Shown: positions 38,853-52,344 of the stretch, piece after piece
How positions within the stretch are numbered: the first letter of the stretch is position 1
How the letters are laid out: the number at the start of each line of letters is the position of its first letter
DNA from: Eledone cirrhosa
Taxonomy: Eukaryota
Direction: 5' to 3'
Length of the DNA stretch: 64,000 nt
Assembly (NCBI GenBank): GCA_964016885.1
Contig: OZ024740.1
Span: 268,770,001 to 268,834,000, forward strand
Made by a program: the position numbers and the translations under genes
The notes under the pieces: model-generated
Told to the model about the DNA's origin: nothing
The model's database searches: none
What the model saw: the letters and a program-made list of their open reading frames with translations, nothing else

Positions 38853-40952
38853 GTGCCAAATTTAGATTCAAAAATGGCTAAAAATCAAAATAGCGGATTT
38901 AGCGAACCGATTAAGTACATACCCAACAATACTAACTCTTTTAAACATAATAATAGGAAAAGAAAAAATAATCTGGTTCACACCCCCTACTCTCTAGCAG
39001 TTAAAACTAATGTAGGCAAAACATTCCTAGAGCTCTTAGATAAACATTTCCCTAGAACACATAGATACTATAAGATCTTCAATAGAAACTGTGTCAATAT
39101 TAGCTACTCCTGCGGTCCCCCTATTAAATTTTATATCATCAATAAGAAATCACCCAGAGAACATCAAAATTGCTCCTGTAGAGTCAAAAGTGAATGCCCA
39201 TTACAAGGTAAATGCAACACCAAAGCCATTGTATATGCGGCTAAAATGACAACCATCAGCAACAACCAGCCATCCACCAGCGAACGATATGTTGGTATGA
39301 CACAAGACAAATTCAAAACGCGTTATTTCTCACATGTCGCATCTTTCCGACATCCAGAAAAAAGATTCACACAGCTCTGGCTAGCAGAATATGGGATTTG
39401 AAAGACCAATGTATCCAATATAAATTGGATTAGTCAATTTTGAACCAATCTAAAGAATATGCAAGAGGAACAAGAAGATGCACACTCTGCATAACTGAAA
39501 AATATTGGATTTTACAGAACCTTAAATCACCAAAAACCTGCCTAAATACAAAAACAGAAATTTTCACCAGTTGCCGACACATGAAATCACACTTGCTTTC
39601 CAGCTCATATAAACTTAACTCGCTTTCAGATACTTATCCTCCATAAACTCTTATTCTTCACTTTCCTTAAATTATCATCTTTACAGACTTCTCTTCCAGA
39701 TTTACTTTCATTTTTAACTTTATTTTTAATTTTATTTTTATTTTTACTTCACATCCACCAGTAACCCCCATCCTACTTTTCGATTCACTTACCTAATATC
39801 TCCACATTCCACATTTTACTTCCCCAGTTTCTTTCACTACCTGATATTACATGTCACTTGCGTTTTCCACTCCAGATATATTCTGTTGTTTCGGAGCCGA
39901 TTTTATATTTGTACTCATTTATTCATACGGCTGGTTTATAATCTATATCTATGTGTGTGAGTGTGCTTATGTGTGTATACGTTCTGTATACGTATACGAA
40001 CGCCTCCGTATGTGTGCGTGCGTACGTATATATATGTGTGTGTATGTGTGTTTTTATATCTATGTTTTTTTTATATCTATATTTTTTACATACTTATTTA
40101 TACGTGTGTGTGTATGCGGGTGAATGTATGTGTATGTGTATGTATATGTGTGTATATGTATGTGTAAGTATGGGTGTGTATGTATATATGTATATATATA
40201 TATAGTCGCGTACGTACGTGTGATTAGATATACATGTGGCGATATATATATACCTGCCTCGTGTGTATGTATGTACGCATGCATGCGCTTTTGTCTGTAC
40301 GTATTTGTGTGTATAAATATTTTATATATATATATGTACGTGCGTACCTATGTTTATTTTCTTTTCTCTAGTGTTAATTGATTACTTTCTCTTTGATTTA
40401 AAAAAATGTTTCATTATCATATATTGTTTCATTTTTATACATATATCGAGAATGACACTTCTTTTTACTATTACACTCCCCTCTTTATCTTCCGAATATA
40501 AGTGACCACATGTGTGTGTTTATACGCGTGCTTTCATACTCGTATGTGTATTTAATACATGTATCTGGATGCGTGTTAACTATATTATCATACAATTTCT
40601 TTTTCAACTCTATATTATATACGTATTTGTGGTCACATATACACAAATATACTTGCCCTCATATATGTACTTACGCACACATTTTCACCATACACATGCA
40701 TTTGTACATTCACACATATGTACATTTGTGAGTGTATATACATACATATACACATACCCTAACTACATTTCCTTATTTTTTTATACATCTCTTGCATTAC
40801 TTTTATTTATATATTTTTATATATTCTTGAGGAGACTTTTCAAATATTTCACTATGTTTTAAATTGCCTTGTCCGACGAACGAATGAGGACGTTTTTCGT
40901 ATTCGTCTTATTCGGGAAACTTCTGGTAATGAGGTAATTATATTGTATTGTT

Positions 40953-40960
<8 letters not shown>
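38853..40960 (+). mobile_element. 5'-truncated PLE (linker + GIY-YIG, frameshifted) with microsatellite-rich 3'UTR ending in an HHR
   Basis: PYSLAVKTNVGKTFLELLDKHFP..IFNRN..ISYSC, CSCR..CPLQGKC..IVY..YVGMT..FKTRY..H, CTLCITEK..LN..EIFTSCRH (38853-39646). Confidence 0.88.
40862..40939 (+). ncRNA. Hammerhead ribozyme, U4C core variant
   Basis: aattgccttgt-CCGACGA-a cgaatgaggacg..cgtcttattcg g-GAAAC-ttctg-GTA-atgaggtaatt; 11-bp stem I with G-U pairs and long stem II. Confidence 0.72.
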
Positions 40961-40998
<38 letters not shown>

Positions 40999-41039
40999 AT
41001 ATATATATATATATATATATAACCAAAAGTTTATATGGT

Positions 41040-41825
41040 TCGTTGATTATTCAACGAATTCAATTTTACAATAGATTAGAAGCACTCAACAGCTATTTAT
41101 CAGGAGTATCTATAATAATAATTTAGTATCTATAATAATACTTTATTGAACTAAATAGAATAAAGAAAACAATTATAGAATTTTTTAAAAATGACGACCT
41201 CAAATTAGAAATTGAAAATAATAATAAAATAATTAACGTTTGGGATGTGAGTCTAAATCTTAACTCAGGCCTTTATTACACAAAGTTAATGAGAACTTAA
41301 ATTATGTTATTCTTTATTCTAATCATCCTAAAAGCGTTAAGAATGCGATAGTCAATAGTTACAACAAAGAATCTTCAGACTTTCTGCTAATAGATCTATA
41401 TTTAATAGTAAGGCTGTATATTATAATGAAGCGCTACATAAAGCTGGATATAACAATAACATTGAGTATATAGATATAAAATACTGAAATCCATCAAAAT
41501 AAAATTAATTATAATCATCATAAAAATGAATATAACCACAACAACTGGATGAATAAATCAAAGAAGAAAGTAAGAACTAGATCTATAATTTGGTATGCAC
41601 CGGCAGCATCCTTAGGTATTAATACACCTGTAGCACACTTATTCTTTAAAGCTTTAGATAAATGCTTCCCTAGATAACATAAATATAACCCTATCTTCAA
41701 TAGACATACAGTTAAGCTCTCTTACTCAACTACTATGAATATAGGTCAAAATATAGCAAAAATAAATAATAGGAATTTAAAATGAAACCAACTTCTACTA
41801 AGCAATAATAATAATAATAATAATA
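41040..41825 (+). pseudogene. Degenerate PLE, left half (RT thumb + linker), interrupted at its poly-Asn (AAT)n tract
   Basis: Fragments INVWDVSLNL, NHPKSVKNAIV, IIWYAP, DKCFP..IFNRHTVKLSYSTTMNI, then (AAT)n. Confidence 0.75.
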
Positions 41826-42860
41826 AAGATACAGTAATGGACTACAAATTTCAGAAGTCCCATTTACTGCTGAAATGGAAAACACAGAAAAAGCAAAGCA
41901 GGTAAAAGTAACTGCAAAGGAAGAACTGCTACAGAAACTGGCTAAGAAATGGCAAGAAAAGCCTCTGTATGGAAAATACCCAGAGCGAGCTAACAATCCT
42001 GATGTTGACAAAACTTTAACCCATCAGTGGTTGGCAACCTCTGGACTGAAATCGGAGACTGAAGGACTGATTATATCGGCACAAGATCAGTGTCTGCCAA
42101 CAAAAAATTACCAAGCCAGCATAATAAAAAATGGGTGCAGCCCAGTATGCCGTGTATGCAAAAAACAACCAGAGACCATTGACCATATAATATCAATGTG
42201 CAGTCCTATAGCTCCAACCGAATACCTAAACAGGCATGACAGAGCTGCACAATACATACCTTGGATAATGTGTAAGCATTTTGACCTGCCCCATCAAAAG
42301 AATTGGTGGGAGCATCAACCACCTCCCATACTTGAAAAAGATCACATCTCAATCTTGTGGAACTTTAGCATCCAAACAGACCGAAAAATAGATGCAAACA
42401 GACCTGATATAATATTGAAAGACTTTCAAAAGAGGGTATGCCTGCTAATTGATATGTCTGTTCCAATAGACAAGAATGTATCTATAAAAACATTTGAAAA
42501 ATTGAGCAAGTATAAGGACCTGGAGATAGAAATTGAGAACTAAAACAATACCAGTGGTTGTAGGCGCTCTGGGAATGATACCTAAGGGGTCTAATGATTA
42601 CATATCGCAAATCCCAGGAAACCCGCGTATAGGAGAAATACAAAAGATAGTACTAATGGGAACTGCCCATATACTAAGGAAGATTCTGTCAATATAAGTA
42701 CATCACAAGTCTAAACACTAAAGATGCATGTGTGAATATGTATGTTCTTTCTTGAACATGGCGGACCTTGTTGTCTCTTGAGGTCACTGGTTGTGACTTG
42801 GTGATAACTCGTATGAACATAAAGCAAGATAAATGCAACTGTAATAATAATAATAATAAG
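41826..42860 (+). mobile_element. 5'-truncated R4/Dong-like LINE (family A)
   Basis: CRVC..HIISMC (CCHC), RHD, RPD..LIDMSVP..KLSKY restriction-like endonuclease; near-identical to 46848-47900; (TAA)n on both sides. Confidence 0.9.
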
Positions 42861-43800
42861 GGAAGAAGACGCACGAGGTGGTAGAAGGTCATGAAATCGC
42901 TCCCGTAAGTTTTTGATTTTTAACATGTTTAAATCAATTGTGAAATAACAATTCTTAGTACAAATGATGCATAAATCACCGAATCAAGTCTTATAAAAAT
43001 TAGGATCCATAATATATTGTTATATCGCTCAAATATTCAATTTTGTATTATTTATTTTATATTAAAAAAAGAAAATGGCTATAAATGGAAGAAAACCCCC
43101 TCTGTCTACACTATATAGAACAGCCAAATAACAGCAATTTCACCAACACCAGAAACTTGATACACCACCTACCCCATCACCCCGCTGTGTACACTAAATA
43201 TAACAGCCAGATAACGGCAATTTCACCACCACCACCACCACCAATCCCAGCATCATAATAATAATTACTATTATTATTGTCTCAAGTTTTAACAAAATGT
43301 TTAATTCCAATTTTACGGGAATATCTCAACACATATATTAAACATACGCGACACAAACGCATAGATACTACAGATCAAACAAAACTAGTCAATTCAACAC
43401 AGATATTAAACATACGCGACACAAACGCATAGATACTACATATCAAAAAAAAACTAGTCCACTCAACAAAACTCAGTAACGACAACGCCAGCGCCGCCAC
43501 CACTACATCCATCATTGCTACCACTACCCCATCACCGCCGCCACCACTCCTTCATTGCTACCACCACTATTCCCCTGTTAACTTAAGAAAGGGGAAGGTG
43601 GCGGTATCACTAGACAAGGGAGAGGCTAGCAAAAGATATAAATAGATTGACTTAGTGACCTGGCCACCGGCCAAACGTCAACAACTATGGCACTGCTGGC
43701 TCCCCCCTTCCTCACCAACAATATAAAAAGCCCCAGCACCACCACCGACATAGCCAACAACAATAACAGGCAACTTCAGCAAAAAGTATATTATATTATT

Positions 43801-43857
43801 GTAATGCACTGAGTGATTGCTGGCCTTGTGCCTGGAGTGGAGACAATTATTATTATT
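43801..43857 (+). mobile_element. SINE 3' fragment
   Basis: gtaatgcactgagtgattgctggccttgtgcc..acaattattatt. Confidence 0.6.
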
Positions 43858-43940
43858 AATAATTTCATTCTTAAGCCACGCAATGCTCACATTAAGGAAC
43901 CACTCATGATAATAACAATTTAAAAAAAAAAAAAAGAAAA

Positions 43941-46900
43941 CCCCGTGACCAAGAAATACCCGGATGGCGGCCGGCGGGGAATAGCCGTGTCTCTAGGGGA
44001 GAACGATCTCTCTAGTCTTGGTTGACACTCGTTCTAGAAGTGGTAACACGAAATGATTACCCCTTGGCGGATAAGGATAAAACGCGACAAAATAAAGTAA
44101 ATGTCTAATGATAAAATCTCATACCGGATCGGTCGTCACCCGGGTAAAAAAGGGCCGCGTCCCTCAGAGAGGAACCAGACTGGGGTCGAAAAATCAGCTA
44201 ATGGTTCAAACCTTCCCATCACTTCGGAGCTGGAGACCTCTCATAACCGGAATACTCCTACTGTTGGCCTTCCATGCTCACCACCAAGAAATCCAAAGAA
44301 ACAGAGAGAAAAATGGTCAAGGGAAGATAATAAAGAAGTCCTTGAGGCTTTCTACACTGCCATGTACTACCTATCAAATACATCGAATACAGAACAGACA
44401 TATATCAACTGGAAAAAGAAACATCCCGAAAACAGAGGCTATATTGACAGTAACAAACTAGCCAATATACGAAGAAATATTGTAAAAAAAAAGTTACTAA
44501 CTGATATAGAAATTGATCAGATCAAGCTATTAGCACAAAGTCAGCGAAGGGAAAATGAAACATGTGTCAGTGAAAACAAGGTAAATTATAACACTTCGAA
44601 TCCCAGGGTTGGGGCGGAATCACTTGCAACAGAACAAATTAAAGAAAGGATCGAAAAAGAGGAGGGAGTGCATGCTCAAGATGAAACTCCAAATGAAAAT
44701 AATGAGATTGTAAATGATAATGAAATGAATGAGAATGAACTTGCCAACTTCAAGGATGAAATTATGATCGAATGGATGAAAATGAAAGAATCTGACACGG
44801 GGCAACGAGACACCCTCCCTAAGATCCAGAACTCCAAACAGAACCAAAAGATAATACACAAGACTAACATAATTCTCAAAAACATTATCATCACAAACAA
44901 ACTAAACATTACTGATTTAAATCATCTCTATTATGCATCGGCTAAAATCACCACTCACTTATGTGGAGTGAAGATGAAAAAACAAAGGAATTCCCACAAG
45001 AAATCTACTTGGCAAGAGAACATCAATCGCCAAATAAACCTTCTCCGATCTGACATAGAAATTTTAACAAACTATAAAGTAGGTGAACATGTTAAACAAA
45101 CTAAACTTAGAAAATTGAAAAGAAAATACAGTATAAAATCAACAAGTGACATAGGCATGCTGATAGAAATAATCAAGCAAAAAGTGTCGGCCAAAGCTGC
45201 TCGTATAAGGCGCTTTGAAAAATGATCTAGATTCTATAAGGACAATAATATGTTCAAAAATAACCAAAGAAACTTCTACAGAAAAATTGGTAAGTCAACA
45301 ATAACTGCTAAATCAATACCACCCAAGGAGGAAGTGCAAGAATTCTGGGAAAAGATCTGGGCCGAAGAAAAAGTTCATAACATACATGCCCCATGGATAG
45401 ACAGACAAATGAAAGATACAGCTCACCGAGAGGAACAAATATGGGAAAATATAACAGTTGAACAGTTGCGCTTGGCTCTAAGAAAAACCAGCAAATGGAA
45501 ATCCCCAGGAAAAGACAAAATATAAAATGTTTTCAGAGTATCATGAGCTGTTAGCCCAACTTTACAATGAAATAGTTAAGGAGCCAGAAAAGATACCATC
45601 ATGGCTAGTTAACGGCATTACATTCCTGCTTCCGAAGAATGATGAGACAAACAATCCCCAAAATTACAGACCGATAACTTGCTTGACCACAATGTATAAC
45701 ATTTTAACATCAGTCCTAACTGAATACACATATGACCACCTGATAACAAATGACCTATTTCCCATTGAGCAGAAAGGGTGTAAACGAGGCTCATATGGCT
45801 GTAAGGATCAGCTTTTGGTTAACAAAATGATACTGGAAGATTGTCATAATAGACACAAAAATCTATCAATTGTTTGGATAGATTATAAAAAAGCATTCGA
45901 TAGTTTGCCACACAGTTGGATTGAAAAATGTTTAGAGATTTTCAAAATATCCCCCGTTGTCAGGAGGTTTTTGTCATTCAGTATGAAGACATGGACAACG
46001 ACACTCCTTTTGAATAGTGAAACAAAATCACTGGAAGCTGGAGAAGTTAATATTAATTGTGGAATTTTTCAGGGTGACTCTTTATCACCGCTTTTATTCT
46101 GCATCGCGCTTATACCATTAAGTAAAATGATCAAAGAAACAAAACATGGATATAAAGTCTATGACAAAACCATTAATCACTTGTTCTACATGGATGACCT
46201 GAAACTATTTGCAAAAAATGATGAACAATTGCAAGGGCTATTATCCACTGTGGAGCAGTTCAGTGATGACATTAAAATGGAGTTTGGACTAGATAAATGT
46301 GCCAAAGCAACGTTCACCAGAAGAATGCTGCTGAAGAGTTCGGACATTAATCTTGATCGGGGGAACGTGATAAGAGAACTTGATCAAGAAAAAACTTACA
46401 AATATCTAGGTGTTTGTGAAGGAGACGGAATCAAGCACTCGACAATGAGGGAAAGGATAAGGAAGGAATGTTACCGCAGAGTAAGAACAATCTTAAGAAC
46501 GGAATTGAATGCAAGGAATAGGATCGATGCTATAAACACGCTTGCCATACCAGTAGTAACCTACAGTTACAATGTCATCAACTGGTCAAGCACAGAGATC
46601 CGTAGGCTCGATACAAAAATTAGAAAATTCTTAACCATGAACAGAATGCATCACCCTAAGGCAGATATAGATAGAATATATCTCCCTAGGAAAGAAGGAG
46701 GACGTGGGTTAATCCAGTTAGACATTGCGTTGAAAACTGCAACAATTGGATTATCTACATATCAAAGGAATCACATGATTGGATGATCAAACTCGTTTTG
46801 AAACACGAAAGCATCAAAAGATCATATTCCATTACAAAAGATGCACAAAGATACAGTAATGGACTACAAATTTCAGAAGTCCCATTTACTGCTGAAGTGG

Positions 46901-47903
46901 AAAACACATAAAAAGCAAAGCAGGTAAAAGTAACTGCAAAGAAAGACCTGCTACAGAAACTGGCTAAGAAATGGCAAGAAAAGCCTCTGTATGGAAAATA
47001 CCCAGAACGAGCTAATAATCCTGATGTTGACAAAACTTTAACCCATCAGTGGTTGGCATCCTCTGGACTGAAATCGGAGACTGAAGGACTGATTATATCA
47101 GCACAAGATCAGTGTCTGCCAACAAAAAATTACCAAGCCAACATAATAAAAAAATGGATGCAGCCCATTATGCCGTGTATGCAAAAAACAACCAGAGATC
47201 ATTGACCATATAATTTCAATGTGCAGTCCTATAGCTCCAACCGAATACCTAAACAGGCATGACAGAGCTGCACAATACATACATTGGATAATGTGTAAGC
47301 ATTTTGACCTGCCCCATCAAAAGAATTGGTGGGAGCATCAACCACCTCCCATACTTGAAAAAGATCACATCTCAATCTTGTGGAACTTTAGCATCAAAAC
47401 AGACCGAAAAATAGATGCAAATAGACCTGATATAATATTGAAGGACTTTAAAAAGAGGGTATGCCTGCTAATTGATATGTCCGTTCCAATAGACAAGAAT
47501 GTATCTATAAAAACATTTGAAAAATTGAGCAAGTATAAGGACCTGGAGATAGAAATTGGAAAAATGTGGAAATTGAGAACTAAAACAATACCAGTGGTTG
47601 TAGGCGCTCTGGGAATGATACCTAAGGGGTCTAATGATTACTTATCGCAAATCCCAGGAAACCCGCGTATAGGAGGAATACAAAAGATAGTACTAATGGG
47701 AACTGCCCATATACTAAGGAAGATTCTGTCAATATAAGTACATCACAAGTCTAAACACTAAAGATGAATGTGTGAGTATGTATGTTCTTTCTTCAACATG
47801 GCGGACCTTGTTGTCTCTTGAGGTCACTGGTTGTGACTTGGTGATAACTCGTATAAACATAAAGCAAGATAAATGCAACTGTAATAATAATAATAATAAT
47901 AAT
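43941..47903 (+). mobile_element. Apparently full-length R4/Dong-like RLE non-LTR retrotransposon (family A), ORF disrupted
   Basis: One ancestral ORF split into 44101-45225, 45250-45525, 45527-46786, ..47737; WKSPGKD, NYRPITCL, IDYKKAFDS, GIFQGDSLSPLLF, YMDDLKL, CCHC, RHD, PD..D..K; 3'UTR then (TAA)n tail. Confidence 0.92.
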
Positions 47904-48055
47904 ACACGCTTTTTGGAACGCTTCAAAAGGCATGCTTGCTGGAAACAGCAATATCCCTCCGATACGTCCTGAATATCTGAGGCTGCAGGTAGTGGCTTGA
48001 TATTCATTTCAACAAACTTTCCAGTTGACTAACATCAATGACTGAGACTCAAAGA

Positions 48056-48056
<1 letters not shown>
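47904..48056 (+). mobile_element. R4/Dong-like family B, 3' end fragment
   Basis: Matches 49326-49475; flanked by (TAA)n. Confidence 0.8.
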
Positions 48057-48134
<78 letters not shown>

Positions 48135-48135
<1 letters not shown>

Positions 48136-49474
48136 CAGGTGAGATGATAAAGGAAATTGACTCTGAGGAAGGATACAAGTATTTGGGCGTTCTGGAGGCT
48201 GATGGCATAAAGAACAAAAAAATGAAGGAATTGTTAAGAACTGAATACATTCGGAGAGTAAGGAGCGTATTGAAGTCATATCTGAACAGCAGAAATGCCA
48301 TAAGCGCAGTAAATTCCCGAGCTGTGTCTATTATTAGGTACAGTGCGGGAATTCTGAGATGGAATGTTGCTGAACAAAAAGAAATGGATAGGAAGACTAG
48401 GAAGCTATTGACTATCTACAACATGTTCCACAAGAGGAGTGATGTCGATAGACTCTACCTAAGGAGATCTGAGGGTGGAAGAGGTCTTATCAGCATAGAG
48501 GACTGTGTTCAGATGGAGAAAAACAACCTACACAAATAGGTGACTGATAGTAAGGAGCCAATGCTCAGAACTGTACTGAAGGAGGGGACAATAGGCCAGG
48601 GGATGTCCAAGGAGGAAATAACATCAAGGAGAAAGAGCAGCCTTCAGGAAAAATCCCTTCATAGTACCTTCTTTGAGAAAACTGAATTTAGAGATCCACA
48701 GACATGGAACTGGTTGAGAAGAGGAGACCTTAAACAGGCTACAGAAGGAATGTTAATGGCTGCGCAGGAGCACCCTCAAAACGAAGTCGTTGAAACACCA
48801 TATTTACAAGGAGGAGGCTAGCCCACTGTGCAGGATCTGTGGAGAGAGAGAGGAGACTGTGGCTCACATTGTATCCGAGTGTAAACACCTAGCCCAGACC
48901 TACTATAAGGGCTGGAGACATGAAGTGATGGGCAGGGTGATCCACTGGCACCTGTGCAAAGTAAACAATTTACCACATTCTGAGAAATGGTATGAGCATA
49001 AGCCAGAGGCGGTGATGGAGAACGATCAGGTGAAGGTGCTGTGGGATTTTAGGATACAGACGGACAAGAAACTGGAACACAATAGACCTGACCTGGTGGT
49101 TGTGGACAAAGAAAAAAGATCGTGTCTGATTGTGGATGTGGCCTGCCCATTCGACACGAGAGTGCAAGAGAAGGAGAGGGAGAAAATTAACCGATACCAG
49201 GACTTAAAGTGGGAGGTAAAAAGGATTTGGAACTGCCATGAAGTCAAAGTGATCCCGATTGTCATAGGCGCACTGGGGACTATCTCCAAAAGTTTCCACG
49301 GATGGTTAAAGAAAATCGGCCCCTTCACGCTTTTTGGAACGCTTCAAAAGGCATGCTTGCTGGGAACAGCAAGAACCCTCCGATACGTCTTGAATATCTG
49401 AGGCTGCAGGTAGTGACTTGATATTAATTCCAACGGACTTTCCAGTTAACAAACATCAATGACTGAGATTCAAG

Positions 49475-49506
<32 letters not shown>
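48135..49506 (+). mobile_element. R4/Dong-like family B, 5'-truncated
   Basis: YKYLGV, RLYLRRSEGGRGL, CRIC..HIVSEC, RPDLVVVD..IVDVACP; (TAA)n on both sides. Confidence 0.9.
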
Positions 49507-49508
<2 letters not shown>

Positions 49509-50408
49509 GGGGATGTCCAAGGAGGAAATAACAACCAGGAGAAAGAGCAGCCTTCATGAACAATCCCTTCATAGTACCTTCTTTGAGAAAACTGAATTCA
49601 GAGATCCACAGACATGGAATTGGTTGAAAAGAGGAGACCTTTAAAAGGCTACAGAAGGAATGCTAGTGGCTGCGCAAGAGCAGGCCCTCAAAACGAAGTG
49701 GCTGAAAAACCATATTTACAAGGAGGAGGCTAGCCCACTGTGCAGGATCTGTGGAGAGAAAGAGGAGGCTGTGGATCACATTGTATCCGAGTGTAAACAC
49801 CTAGCCCAGACTCACTATAAAGGCTGGAGACATGATGTGATGGGCAGGGTGATCCACTGGCATCTATGCAAAGTAAACAATTTACCACATTCTGAGAAAT
49901 GGTATGAGCATAAGCCAGAGGCGGTGATAGAAAACCATCAGGTGAAGGTGCTGTGGGATTTTAGGATACAGACGGACAAGAAACTGGAACACAATAGACC
50001 TGACCTGGTGGTTTTGGACAAGGAAAAAAGATCGTGTCTGATTGTGGATGTGGCCTGCCCATTCGACACGAGAGTGCAAGAGAAGGAGAGGGGAAAAATT
50101 AACCGATACCAGGACTTAAAGTGGGAGGTAAAAAGGATTTGGAACTGCCATGAAGTCAAAGTGGTCCCGATTGTCATAGGTGCACTAGGTACTATCTCAA
50201 AGAGTTTCCAGGGATGGTTAAAGAAAATTGGCCCCGCCCCGCTTTTTGGAACACTTCAAAAGGCATGCTTGCTGGGAACAGCAATAACCCTCGGATACGT
50301 CCTGAATATCTGAGGCTGCAGGTAGTGGCTTGATATTCATTTCACTAAACTTTCCAGTTAACCAACATTAATGACTGAGACTCAAAGAACAATAATAATA
50401 ATAATAAT
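49507..50408 (+). mobile_element. R4/Dong-like family B, 5'-truncated second copy
   Basis: Close paralog of 48598-49475 (ORF 49660-50313); (AAT)n tail. Confidence 0.9.
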
Positions 50409-50543
50409 TGTTTCTACTTTAGGCACAAGGCCAGCAATTACCCAGTTCATTACTGGTACTTTATTTTATCGACCCCGTAAGGATGAAAAGCAAAATCACC
50501 CTCGGCGGGATTTGAACTCAGATCGTAAAAGGACGTAACTATG
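50406..50543 (-). mobile_element. 5'-truncated SINE
   Basis: Reverse copy of the SINE family sharing the AAT/ATT tract. Confidence 0.85.
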
Positions 50544-50554
50544 TTGATATATTA

Positions 50555-52330
50555 ATTAATAGAAATAACAATAATAATAGTCTAAACATGAATAATAGTA
50601 TTACGCCTTTAAATAGCAATACGAATGGTATAATACCGTTAAATAACAATAAGAATAATTGTAATTGTAGAAATAGGTCCGAATGCCCATTACAAAATAA
50701 TTGCCTTGAAAAAAAACCTTGTATATAAATGTACTATTAAGGCAAATGGTCATGTATATAATTACATAGGTGCCATTTCATCTAAATTTAAGGATATAAT
50801 CACAAGCATACTTTTAATAGACCGAATAAAAATTGTTCAACTTCACTTTCACAATTAGTATGGTCTTTAAAAGACACCATTAAATACTCCATTTCATGGA
50901 GAAAATTAAGTGTTGCTATCCCCTACCGGAACTCTGCAATCTCAGAACTTTGCTATCTTTGCAATGAGGAAATCCTTCACATAAACACAAACTATGACAA
51001 TTTAATCAACAAAAAGAATGAATTTTTTTGTAGTTGTCATCATAAAATTGGTAAGACTTTCAACGCAATGTACCAGTTCAAAAAAAATAAGGACAAATAA
51101 CACCTTGAATATATGTAGATTTTGCCTAATTGAAGTAATAATCTATGGATATTTATATGTAATAGCATAACCTCATTGAGAGTTTTTCTATCCTACGAAT
51201 TGATTGGGATAGCTCACTATTTAATTAGACATCAATTAAGATATATACATTAGATATGTTGTGGATCTTAAGAATCGTTGGACGAGAGGGAAGATATTCC
51301 CTCTAAGTTAATTAGGGTTTTTACATTGTAAAAGAGTTTTCTTCCTTTTGTTTACATTGTCCGTAAATGTTATTAGCTTGCAAAAAAAGAAATATATATA
51401 TATAAAATATAGATTAATAGTTTAATAATACATAGACTATCATTAAACTTAAACTATATATATTAGAATAATTAAGTATTGAAGTAAATATAAATATAAC
51501 TCTTCATTAAGTTAAATAAAGTTTATGGAGAGTTAATATAACCATAGTTAGATTTTAAAGAATAAATGAAAATTAAAAAAATAACTAAGTTTTACATAAA
51601 GTAGAATTTTGAATTAATTTAGATGATAATTGAACAAAATATATTATATATTAATATATGCATTTTTAATATATTTTACTACATATTTAATAGTTATTTA
51701 ATAAGCATTAAAGATAAATTGTTTAATTGTTACATTATAATGCTTATAATAAATCATTGTCATAATCTAAAATGAGTTAAATTAAATTAAATTAATTAAA
51801 GCATATAAAGTTGTAATGAACTTAAATATTCGATTGCCGTAGAAATTAATCCATGCCTAATAATCTAGATATATTATAAACTTATAATTAACCATAAGCG
51901 GTATTCACTGATAAATAATAGAAAACATTTTTGAATTTTTGAATTTTCGTCTAGCATTTCAAAACAACGGGTTTTTGTATTTTCTCCTTTACTTTATCCT
52001 TTCCTTTTCCTTTTGTTCTTTTCTTTATTTCCCTTCCCTTTCAACTCCCCTTCTGTATTTCTTCGTTGCTTTACGTCCTCTTCTTCTCTAAGTTTATCAT
52101 ATTATTTGTGGTATATAATTGTTGAGTGTTGGTGAAATAACTTACTGCCACTATAGGAATTGAATAATCAAAACCTTAGTGGTATGTCACATATCCAATC
52201 TCTTATATATTTTACCTGATGAAAACGTACTGAAACACCATTGTACCTTTGAAAAATGTATAATAAAATATATACTTTGGTTACGATAATATTTCTCATT
52301 TATTAATATTTTGAATAATATTTTATATAT
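50555..52330 (+). pseudogene. Degenerate PLE, right half (GIY-YIG + AT-rich 3'UTR with HHR remnant at 52206-52272)
   Basis: NCNCRNRSECPLQNNCL..VYKC..YIG.., CYLCNEE..LINKKNEF..CHHK (50650-51100); CTGATGA-aaacgtac..gtaccttt-GAAA..GTA at 52216-52260. Confidence 0.75.
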
Positions 52331-52344
52331 ATTATAATAAAACA

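Noticed and set aside
45223-45225. In-frame TGA in the Dong-like ORF as programmed readthrough or selenocysteine
   Set aside because: The same copy has several frameshifts and other stops; CGA-to-TGA decay is the simpler explanation.
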